Assembly (NCBI RefSeq): GCF_036321535.1
Contig: NC_087436.1
Location: forward strand, 121,274,001-121,338,000
Reading direction: 5' to 3'
Source: Camelus dromedarius
Taxonomy: Eukaryota
Length of the DNA: 64,000 nt
Below the pieces are notes generated by a model that saw nothing but the letters and a program-made list of their open reading frames with translations, searched no databases and was not told where the DNA came from. Below are positions 24,140-34,591 of the stretch, in pieces (positions within the stretch are counted from its first letter, which is position 1; each line of letters opens with the position of its first letter). A program made the translations under genes and the position numbers.

Positions 24140-24260
24140 GCTCTTTATTAACCCCATTTTATAGATAAACGGGCACAGAACAGCAGCCTGCCCGAGGTCG
24201 AGCTAGACACCAGGGTGGGCAGAGAGCATGGGATCTAGGGGTCTGTGCGTGTGCCCTGCA
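24140..24260 (+). mobile_element. MIR remnant
   Basis: TATTAACCCCATTTTATAGATAAACGGGCACAGA...CTGCCCGAGGTC. Confidence 0.55.
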
Positions 24261-25029
24261 GCCCCCAGCCAGACCCCTGCCCCGAGCAGACCAGCACCAG
24301 CCAGCACCGCAACCCACCCTCATCCCCGGGTGGCTCACATCAGCGGGAGGCAGTGAGGAATGCTCACCTTCACTGCCACCTCGGTCCCCACACTCCTGTA
24401 CACGTCTAAGAAAAGGCACCTTAGAAAATCCAGCCCAGGGCTCCATCCTATACAGCATTTGCTAAGGAAAAGCTTTCCTTTAGGCTCGAGTGGCTCACTC
24501 CCCAGCTCCTCCATTCTCTAGATAAGAAAGAAGCAAACCCCAGAGACCACGCCTGCCCACTGCCGGCAGGGCCGCAAGCAGAGGGCGGCGCCTCGGGGAT
24601 CCTCCTGTGCTGCTGAGTCAAGGCCCAGCCAGGCACAGAAATACAAAAACCAACTATCTGAAGGTACTGGAGAGGTATGAAAGCAGGCAGAAACTGGAGG
24701 AGAGTCATTCTCCAAAAGAAGAGGCTGCACTGGGTAAGATGTGTGTTTGAACACGTCTGGAGCCCAGGAGGAAAGCCGCAGTCCTCCAGATTCAAGTCAA
24801 AGAATGGAGTCTGGGCATGGCAGGCGGCTGGAAAGAGAGGGGGACATCGCCACATCTCAGGCAGGAGGTGGCTGGGGACACAGGAAGCCCTCAAATCTGT
24901 TCGTAAACTCTGCCTGGGCCCCCGACCAGCCCCTGAATGACCCACGCACAAGGAGACTCCAAGGAGCAGAGGAGGCAGCCATACACCAAGCACACCAGGC
25001 AGAGGTCACAGCAGAGAGTTCAGTTTGAG

Positions 25030-28000
25030 TCCAGACAAATTAACTCCCAGAACAAACTCAACACTCTTCAGAGGCCCTACAACGGGTCACCCACAACGTC
25101 CAGCACACAATCAAATATGAGCAGAGGGTCAAAGAAACAGAAAGGTGACCTACGGTCAAGAGACAAAGAAGCTAGTAGGAACTGATCCCGAGATAAAACG
25201 GGAGCTGAAGTTAGCAGGCAGGAGCTTTAAAGCAGGTGACATAGAATGTTCAAGGGTTTAACAGAACATACAATCACAATAAGCAGATGGCACATCCCAG
25301 TAGAGAAATGGAAACTATAAACAAGAAGGGGAAATTCTAGAAATAAGAACTATAGTAACTAAAATTTTAAAACCCAATGAAATGGGCTAAATAGCAGACT
25401 GGAGATGGAAAAAAGGGTGAGTTAACTTGCAGATAAATAGAAATTATCCAATACAAAAAAGACACAAAAATATTTTTAAATTCGGACAGGGCCTGAATGA
25501 GGGACAATAGCAAACACCAGCCACAAATGCAAGAGTAGCACCAAAAGGAGAAGAGAACAAACGGGGCAGAAAAAAATATTTGAATAAACAATGGCCGAAT
25601 TTTTCCCAAATTTGGTGAAGAATTAAGAAACTTATTTATCCAAGATGCTCAGCAAACCCTGAGCAGGACAAATACAGAGCAAGCCCTGCTAAGGACATCA
25701 AAGTCCAAGTGCTGAACGTCAAAGGCAAAGCCAAGTGTGGAGCCACCACGGGACTCACGGGGACAAGGCAGGGGCAGTGGGGGCCGACTCCTCACCACAC
25801 ACAATGGCGCCAGAAGAGGGAGTGAAGCAGGTGGAGGGCTGGGGCAGAGAAACTGGACTTCTCAGCCAAGAAGATCCTTCAAAACTGAAGGGAAATAAAG
25901 ACATTTCAGACACAGGAAAACTGGAAGAATTCGTCACTAACAGGCAAGAAATCGAAAGGACACGCTTCAGGCTAAAGATAAGTGGTACAGGTGGAAACTC
26001 CAATCTGCAGGAGGGAATGGCGCGCAGCAGGACCAGCGAGCGCACGAGTGAGTGATTCAAAAGATTATTTTCCTTCTCTTAGTGTATTTCAAATACATAC
26101 GGATTTTTAAAGCAAAAATTCTAACAGCATGGTGTACGGTTTATAGCATATGCAGATGCAATATGAATGACAACAAGTAGTTCCCAGAGGGGGAAAATGG
26201 AACTTCTATTACCATCACAAAATTCTTACATTTTATGCAAAGCGTTATAAAATTCACTCTAAACAGACTGCAATAAGTTGAGATACATATTTGAGACTAC
26301 TAAAAGAATGCAAAGAAGTACAGCCAAAAAGCCAAAAGAGGAATTAAGGTAGAATACTAGAATATTTGTGTGTGTGTTTATTACGGATACACACACCTCT
26401 GTTACACACATACATCAACATAAACACGTACACACATTTGTGTGGACACACATGCATGCGTACATTCAAATAACCCAAAACAAGACAGGAAAGGAAAAGC
26501 AGCAACAACAGCAACAAAACAGGACAAGCAGAACACAACCCGGAGGCCCAGCTCAGCCCTGTGAGCACTCATGTGAGAGAGCGGAGCGCCCGCGGCAGGC
26601 GCGGGAGGCGGGGGGGTGGGGGTGGGGGGCGCGTGGACAGTCGTCCCAGGCGAGTGGTGTGCACGTGGGGTTCACTTATTCTTCTGCTTACTCTAGCTCT
26701 TCAAACGTTTGCCGATCATTATAAACACTCTTTAAAAACTGGTATCGAGTGTTCCAAATATTAGTTACGCTGAACCCGTCCAAGCTGCTTCGGAAAAGTT
26801 GGTGTTTATTATTTATTTGTTGACTAATAGAAGTCTTCAATTAGGGGAAAATGTAACCACTAGAAATGTAAGTGAACAAAACACACTCAAAAGTAGAAAC
26901 TATCAGATGGGCTTTATGAGATGTTAACTCTGAGTGTAAGACACAAACAGGCTGAGAGTAAAAGGACGCACAGAGCAAACGGCAGACACGAGAAGCTTGC
27001 AGGGGCTTCGAGACAAACCGTCCACTCATCACGAAGACGAACGATCCCAAGAATGCACAAGCCCAGTGCCAGGGCTGCAAACGCGTAAAGCAAAGCCTGA
27101 AAGGACTGAAGGCAGAAATGAACGATCCCGGCAGTGTTGGAGACGTTAACATCTTTCTCAGCAACCATTCGAATGACCAGAATCCCTAACCTCGAAAAAT
27201 CAGTAATAATGGAGATCTGAACAATATACAGTGTTCCTTCTGGATGCCAGGAACAATTTTAGGTGTTTGAATTCGGCCACAAATAATATTGAGGAAGAAA
27301 ATCCTTGGTCTCATGGAGCACAGAGTCTACAAAAAAATAGAGGGAAAAAGGGAAGACAAGACAGAATAAAAACTCAAATATCCTTAATTATTATCTTCTA
27401 AGAGATAAGACCTTGCATCTCTAAATAAAGAATGAGATGTTATTTTTAAAAAAACAGGAAAGAAAAATCAAAATAAAAAAGAACGCTTGAGAAATAAAAA
27501 GGATGATGGAAATGAAACAAGTAACAGAAGGGACAGTTAGTGAGAAGACAATGCAAATCACTCTCCTGAGACCAGAGTGAACATCAAAGATCAACAAGAG
27601 GAGAAGGTCGGGCTCAGAGGTCAGCCCAGGAGCTCCGACCTCCAAATAAAAGGGGTTCCAGAAAGAGAGGACAGAAAACTGAAAGAAAGAAAATTAAGAA
27701 TAATACACAAGTCAGGTCTCAGGCTGAAGGGGCCACAGCACCCAGCACAGGGATGGGAACACGCGTCATCAACTGATGGTTCAGAATGTGGGGCACAGGA
27801 GATTGCCGCGTGAGCCCCCAGGGCCAGATCACATGGGCACCTGGAACCACAGAGGCACCAATGTCCCCCCGGGGCCAGAAACGACATACCAGGAAGCAAC
27901 ATCTCCAAAATTCTGAGAAAATACTTTTCAGTAGAATTCTATACCCAGCTAAACTAAAAGTTAACTGAAGGGTAAAATAAAGATATTTTCAAAATCAAGG

Positions 28001-28070
28001 GCAAAAGAAAGATTTACTGAATGTTTCTTAGTTATTACGAGTGTGCACTTCAGCAAAATAAGGCGTGAGC
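25030..28070 (+). mobile_element. Ancient L1M/HAL1-type remnants (ORF1 and ORF2-endonuclease-like pieces)
   Basis: A-rich strand bias with L1 ORF1-like phrases (ATATTTGAATAAACAATGGCCGAATTTTTCCCAAATTTGGTGAA; AGAATTCTATACCCAGCTAAACT...GGGTAAAATAAAGATATTTTCA). No intact ORF. Confidence 0.6.
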
Positions 28071-29143
28071 CCACACAGAGAGGAGAGGGTCCAGGGCGCA
28101 AGGACACGTGGGCGCAAGTGCGCCGGTCTCACTGGGACCAGACGGACTGGGGCAGGAAGCAGGACGCTAGGAGCAAAGTCTCCTGGCAACAAGGGCCATC
28201 ACGGGAGAGGTATGGCGGGAAGTATGCTGGAGGCGAGGAAAGGAGTTTGACACCGGAGTGACAGGGCTAGGTGAGAAAGGAGTTGTGCTCCAGGGTACCA
28301 CGTGGTTCAGTAACAAAAAGGCCAACAATGGACTCTGGTTTAACCAAAAGAAGGTGATGCGATTAAGTCAGGAAGTGGAGGGAGACGAGGCAGCGGTGCA
28401 GCAGAGAGGGGAGCTAGTGCCTCCCTGCACCTCGGAGAGAATTCAAACACACAGATTTAAAACAGCAGCTTAAACAGCAGTAAATGCCGGAGAAAGCAGG
28501 GTGCCTGGGATGCCTGCCTCTGGGAGATGGGGACCAGCAGGACAGGACAATGCCTGCCGCCTGGGGCTTCAATCAGCAGGTCTGGCTCTTCCTCTGGTGT
28601 CCTGGAAGGATGGCCAAGACCTCTGCTAAGGGATGAAAATAAGATGTAGCAAAAGATACACAGGCAGCGTGGTGGGTGCAAAACGGAAGCCGAGGGAGGA
28701 CACGCGTCGGGATTTCCGACCACCAGGCTGAGGACGGCTCGGCCGCCGGAGGGGAAAGAGGGAGAAAGCAGAAGGGATCGTGAAGCCCCTGAAAACCGCA
28801 GGGAAACCAGTGTCTGTGTTAAAGTGTCTGTGCGCGTGGGTCGAGTCTACTGCTGAGGACTAACTACAGCTTTCATCAGATGGCCCAGGGAGCTGGTGAC
28901 CACCACCCCAAGAAGTGAAAACGAGTGATCTGCCCAACTTGAGCCCCTGGAAAGCCTCAGGTTCTCTCCCGGGACAGCCGCAGCCTCTCCTCCGGGGCAC
29001 AGCAGGGAAAAACACGTGGCCCTTCTGGACACTGGAGTGGCAGCCGCCCCTTGGACAGACCAGCCAGCCTCGAGAAAGGTAGAGACGGCTGCTCCCCAGC
29101 ACAGAACAGGAGGGACCACAGTCCTCTCAGAAAGTCTGGGCAC

Positions 29144-29508
29144 TGTGGTGGGTGGAAGGTGGTCCCCAGTGGCATCTGGGCCTAGGCCCTGGCATTGTGA
29201 ATGTCACCGTAGAGGCAACAGGGACTTTGCAGGTGGGTTACATTAAGGATCCTGAGGTTAGGCAGGTGGACCCCACGTGCGGTCACATGTGCCCTAGTCG
29301 GAGGGATGCAGAGGTGGGTTTGAGGACAGGATACAAGGACGGAAGCCAGGGCAACGCGATGCGGGGCCGCAGGCCAAGGACTGAGGATGGACGGCCTCCA
29401 AAAGCCGGAAGTACTTTCAGCCTCCAGAACTGGGAGGGAATACATTTCTGTTGTTTAAGCCACCAAGTTAGTGGTAATTTGTTACAGCGGCCACAGGAAA
29501 CTCGAACA
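29144..29508 (+). mobile_element. MaLR solo LTR (MLT1D-like)
   Basis: GTGAATGTCACC...GGGACTTTGCAGGTG...TTAAGGATCCTGAG; end TTTCTGTTGTTTAAGCCACCAAGTTAGTGGTAATTTGTTACAGCGGCCACAGGAAACT. Confidence 0.75.
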
Positions 29509-30545
29509 AGGGCTAATAAGAAGGTAAAATGTTTATGGGAATTCCACCAAATTCAAAGAACATGTAAAGCACTCTGGCTTCTCTGGGTTTTGTGTACTTG
29601 CTGCAGTATGTGTTAAGCCTTAACAATGGTTTTCCCTTCACCCTGACTATTTCACTGGGCCCGTTTCAGACAAAGATAAATGTCAAATGACAATATAATC
29701 AGAAAGTGAATGTGCTATCACCTCTGCGGTGGGAGGTTCTGCTGTGGGAGGCGCCGGCAGGCGACACCGGACTGCTCCTTTGACTCCGGGCAGGCAGCCT
29801 TGACCGCCCTCACCTCCCACACCTCCTGTGCCCCAGCCAGGCCCGCTGGGACCGCCATCTCCTCCGCCTGGACCACATTGGTCCTGGCCTCCTAGCCCTG
29901 CAGCTGCTCCTCTGCCTAACCAGTGGCCCCTTCCTTCTAAAGAGAGGAAAGGAGGCCTGTCCTTGACCCTGGGCCCAACAGGACCACTCTGTGCCTCCCT
30001 CTGACCTCTTGAATCTCCCGGGACACTGCCACCCCATGCCCTCCCACAGATCAGCTCCACACGTTCAGCCCTCTTCCTTGACCTCAGCGATGGGCTGTCC
30101 CCTGAGGAGTGTCCCTGAGGCCCAGGTCTAGGCCGGGCACCTAGTACCTGTAATCTCTAGGCCTCCAAGACACTGGTAAGGAGGCATTTTTATGAAACCC
30201 CACATTGACAATTACATTTCTAAAGTAAAACTTGAAATACATCCTCTCTTATTCATCACCCTCTCCCCACTGCTTGTTTAGGCTCCTATCTCAGACCAGG
30301 GTGGGAGCCCTCTAACCCTCCTCTCCAGGGAAGAGCCCCCTTCTCTGCAGGCCTCACTGTCCCCACCTGCAGGTCCCACGGCCTTACAAGTACCCTTCCC
30401 GTCACAGAACCTGTGACCACGAAAGTAACAGACACTGACCACAGAGATCCACTCACAACCTGAGCAGCCCCACAGGCAGGTCCCGTTACAAACCCGACCA
30501 CCAGTGGGGAAACAGGCACAGAGAGGGCGCTCGCCTGCCCAAGGT

Positions 30546-31128
30546 CTCTGTCTACACCCCACAGCTCTAGGGCCTTTTTGGGCCACAGTCTATACCCCAC
30601 AACTCTGGACCACTGTCTCTACATCCAACAACTCGGGACCACTCTGTCTACACCCCACGACCCTGGACCACTGTGTCTACATCCAACAACTCGGGACCAC
30701 TCTGTCTACACCCCACGACCCTGGACCACTGTGTCTACATCCAACAACTCGGGACCACTCTGTCTACACCCCACGACCCTGGACCACTGTGTCTACATCC
30801 AACAACTCGGGACCACTCTGTCTACACCCCACGACCCTGGACCACTGTGTCTACATCCAACAACTCGGGACCACTCTGTCTACACCCCACGACCCTGGAC
30901 CACTGTGTCTACATCCAACAACTCGGGACCACTCTGTCTACACCCCACGACCCTGGACCACTGTGTCTACATCCAACAACTCGGGACCACTCTGTCTACA
31001 CCCCACGACCCTGGACCACTGTGTCTACATCCAACAACTCGGGACCACTCCGTCTACACCCCACAATTCTGGACCACTGTGTCTACATCCCACAACTCGG
31101 GACCACTCTATCTACAACCACAACTCTG
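30546..31128. repeat. Minisatellite: 9 copies of a 58-bp unit made of two alternating 29-bp monomers, plus about 2 degenerate monomers
   Basis: Monomer A CTGGACCACTGTGTCTACATCCAACAACT starts at 30605, 30663, ... 31069 (58-bp period). Monomer B CGGGACCACTCTGTCTACACCCCACGACC lies between them. Confidence 0.97.
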
Positions 31129-31199
31129 GGGCCTCGCTGTCTCACCTAAGCACCCCTGAGCCACAGCACAGAGCTTGGAACGGGAAGCCGACAGGGCAC

Positions 31200-32420
31200 T
31201 GCACCGGCGTTGCTGCAGTTCATCTCCAGAGTAGGGGTCTCTGGAGACGGCCTCTGGCCAAACAATGCGGCCGCCCAGTCGGAAGGACAGGAAACTGGGA
31301 GCCCGTGCAGACTCGGGCCTTGGGGCGCACGGGCTCGGCCGACGTCCGAGCGAACGCGGTGGGCACAGCAGGCCCGCGCTCTCGGCCCGGACGACCGCCC
31401 GACCCCGGCCCGGCCCCGGGCCCTCCTGTCCCGCCAAGGACCAAGGCGGCGGCCCCACCACCGGGCCCGGAGTCGGGCCCGGGAACAAAAGGAGGGCCGC
31501 GGCGGCCCGCGGCCCCTACAAGCCGGACCCTGAGGGGCCGGCCGCCCCCAGCAGCCCTCCGCTCCGCTGGGCGGGGCGGGCCGCGGAGGGCGCGAGCGCG
31601 CGCCCAGAGAAGAAAGAAAGCGGAGGCGGGGCGGCCAGCGCCCGGCCCGCAACCTACCGGCCGCTCGCTCTCCGGCCGCGATCCGCTCCGCCCTCGCGCC
31701 CAACGGTCGCCGCCGCCGTCGCCCGGGACCGAGGGGCGGGGCCTGTGTGGGCGGGGCCTGGGGGCGGGGTCTGTTGGGCGGTACCACTGAGTGGGCGTGG
31801 CCGAGTGTGGGGCCTCCGACAGGGCAGGGCCGGCTGGAGGGCGGGGACGGAGAGGGGCGGAGCCAACGAGGGGCGGGACCGTGGAAGGGGAGGTACCTCT
31901 CTGGAGGGCGGGGTCTGATAGGGGCAGAGCCTATGGGGGCGGGGTCTGAAAAGAGGCGGAACCCTTGGGAGGGCGGGCCGTGGGACTTTCAGGAGAGAGG
32001 TGGGGCGGAGTCGTGGCCTCCGAGGTATTGGGCGGCTCTCAGGATGGGCCGGAGTGCGTGGTCTATGGAGCGGAGCCTCCGAGGACCGGGAGTCCAGTGG
32101 ACAGGATGGGGTGGCGGCACTTCCAGGGGACGAGCGTAAAAAGGGACGAGGGACGGAGCCTGAGGGGCGGGGCATGAAGGGGGCGTTGCTGTGGTGGGAG
32201 GGGCGGGACCTGAGGGGCAGAATTGAGGGCGAGGACTCCTAGGTCTGGGGCAGAACTCCCGCTGCCCGCGCGAGCTGGCGGGTCCGGCTCCGGTGTGGAC
32301 ACCCTGTGCCCACTGCCCGGATCCACTCCTGCCCCAGGTCCCCTTCCACGCCCTCCCCCGGTGTCCCCGTTGGTGCACTGACGCTTCCCCGCGCCCCACG
32401 CCTCGGGGACCCTACCCCCT
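31200..32420 (-). promoter_or_regulatory. CpG-island promoter of RGS12, apparently TATA-less, with an Sp/KLF GC-box cluster
   Basis: Strongest CpG island in the window; more than ten GGGCGG motifs between 31730 and 32210. Confidence 0.8.
31658..31730 (-). other. RGS12: Probable RGS12 non-coding exon 1 (TSS approximate)
   Basis: Donor CCG/GTAGGT after 31658 inside the CpG island, just downstream (minus strand) of a GC-box cluster. The first coding exon has an acceptor, so an upstream exon is needed. Confidence 0.6.
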
Positions 32421-33199
32421 CCTCTCCCCTGTCCTCCGCACACCCTGATGCTCATCAGACTGCATTACACCGGGAAATCGTCTTGTTTTTAAAGGAGGGG
32501 AAGCGGAAGGGAAATGTGGTGTTCCCAGCAGAGCGCAGTCACCCCCTGATCCCCCATCACGGGGGAGAGGCCAGGCAGGCTGTGTTCAGCACGACCCAGG
32601 CTGCCCTGGAGGTCCCAAGGGGGCCTGCTCCCCCTCAGCTGTCCAGATGCCGTGCCTTGTCCCGGAAGACCGTCCAGGGTTGTCTCTCCCCCTGCCTCCA
32701 ATTGTCTTCTTCACCAGCAATCATTCTTTCTTTGGAAATTCCATTCTCTTTAGTCACAGTGACCAGCCAGAGTATTTTCAGGAAACGGTCTGCTGGGCAT
32801 TTGTTGTACAAACTAAGTGTGGGGAAAAAATCCAGCCCAGGACTCCCGACTGCAGCTGGCTGGAGCCTCCTGGGCTGTATGTTAAGTCATGGTGACAAAT
32901 ACACCAACCATCACACTTCAAGCCCCTCCCTGGAAAAATCAAAATTTTAAGTTACGTTTCACAGTCCCTTTAATGCTCCCAAGATGACAGCAAAGGACAA
33001 GTTTCTCACTACCTGACATGTTGACAGGATGCATCTTCCCCTTATATTTGCAAATGAAACCTCTGGATAGCATCCTGGGATATGGGGCTTCGTTGGCAGA
33101 AGTGTGGTGGCCGTCAGGAGGGCTGTTGCGCTCTGCTGAGCAGAGGGCGGGAAGTGGAGTGCTCTCAGGCCCTGGAGCCAATGGTCTCTACAACAACAC

Positions 33200-33540
33200 A
33201 GCTATGGACTAAAATTGTCCCCCAAATTCACATGATGAAGCTGTTCCCCAATGTGATGGTGTTTGCAGATGGAGCCTCTAGGAGGTGGTGAGGTCATGAG
33301 GGTGGAGTCCCGTGAATGTGATTAGTGCCCTTATAAGAGGGACCCGAGAGAGCTCCCTTACCCCTTGGGTCATGTGAGAACACAGACCAAAGACAACTGT
33401 CTGTGAACCAAGAAGCAAATCTTCACCAGATGCTGAAATTGCCCACACTTTGATCTGGGACTTCCAGCTTCCAAAGCGCAAGAAACAAAATGCTGCTGTT
33501 TCTGAGCCGCCAGTTTGTGGTGCTATTGGAGCAGCACTTA
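33200..33540 (+). mobile_element. MaLR solo LTR (MLT1A-like)
   Basis: GCTATGGACT...CCCCAAATTCA...AGGTCATGAGGGTGGAG...ATTAGTGCCCTTATAAGAG...GACTTCCAGCTTCCA. Confidence 0.78.
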
Positions 33541-33644
33541 CCAGGGTGGGGACACATGACTCTTCTGCAGGTCACCTAGCTGCGCCCAGCCCTACCTGTG
33601 CCTTGAGCCTTGGCTGAGTGTGCAGCAGAGAGTGTCGGATGCCA

Positions 33645-33965
33645 TACGTCTTGGTCGGCTGGGGCTGCCATGACGGGTAGCACAGACTGGGGGTGGGGGG
33701 AGGAGGGAGACAACAGGCGCCTGGCGTTCTGAGATCAAGGTGCCGACAGACCTGGAGTCTGGTGAGAGCCCTCTTCTTGGTTTGCTGAGGGCTGTCTTCC
33801 CACATGGTGGAGAGCAGAGAGAGAGAGCAAAAGCTCACCCTTGTCTCTTTTTATAAGGGCACTCACCCCGCACTGAGGGCTCCACCCTCCTGGTCTCGTC
33901 ACCTCCTAACACCCATGGTGGTTAGAGCTTTAACACATGAACTGTGGGGGACGGACGGCCTATAG
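33645..33965 (-). mobile_element. MaLR solo LTR (MLT1A-like), inverted relative to its neighbour
   Basis: GGGCTGCCATGAC...CACAGACTGGG...GAGATCAAGGTGCC...TTTATAAGGGCACTCACCCC...ACACATGAACTGTGGGG. Confidence 0.75.
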
Positions 33966-34099
33966 TGGGTGCTGCTGCTGCCTCGACTACCTGTGCTGGC
34001 CAAGCCGGCCCACACGAGGTCCAGGACAGGCGAGCCGTCCCACTCTGCTGCCCAGGCCCCACACCCAGACCCAGGGGAAGCCCTTGCCGTGGGAGGTGG

Positions 34100-34591
34100 G
34101 TCCTGGTTCCCCTCTAGCCTCCCAAGGGCTAATGGCTGGCCAATGAGTACCCTGAGAAAGAAGGGTCTCGAGGTCTCCCTCCTCATCCTTTCTCTCCGGT
34201 CAGGTAGCTCAAAATGAGGCTGTTCCAGCTGTCCAGAGATGGAATCCACACGTTACTGAGTGGAAGGCCAGGGGCTGCGGGCCAGCTCTGGGGACAGCCT
34301 CACCTGCCTTCCAGCAAGAGTAAGACTTTCTCTCCACCCGGCAACAGCCCCAGCCAGTGAGAAGCCTCCACCACCCTGAACTCTCGCTTTACTTTAAAGG
34401 ACTTTCTCCAAAGCAGCCCCTCCCAATGTCTTCCATTTCACTCAAGTAAACTTTCCCTCCTCTGCTTGCCGGACTTGCTTCTGGTTCTGTCGTAGCTTGC
34501 ATGTCCCAAATTGCAATTCATCTGCTATTCCTGAAGGAACCCTTGTCACTTATAAAATAACTAACCGACTGTTTTAATTTCAAGGTTGACA
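34100..34591 (+). mobile_element. Possible ERV1-type solo LTR remnant
   Basis: 3' part GCTTGCATGTCCCAAATTGCAATTCATCTGCTATTCC...AAGGTTGACA resembles MER34/MER39-type LTR ends. 5' boundary uncertain. Confidence 0.4.

Noticed and set aside
30605..31126. CRISPR-like look of 29-bp repeats at a regular period
   Set aside because: The intervening 29-mers are identical to each other and homologous to the repeat; there are no unique spacers or cas genes, and the context is mammalian.
30504..31790. 428-aa repetitive ORF and two overlapping ORFs
   Set aside because: The 58-bp unit has no plus-strand stop in any frame and runs into a CpG island, so all three frames are open by construction.
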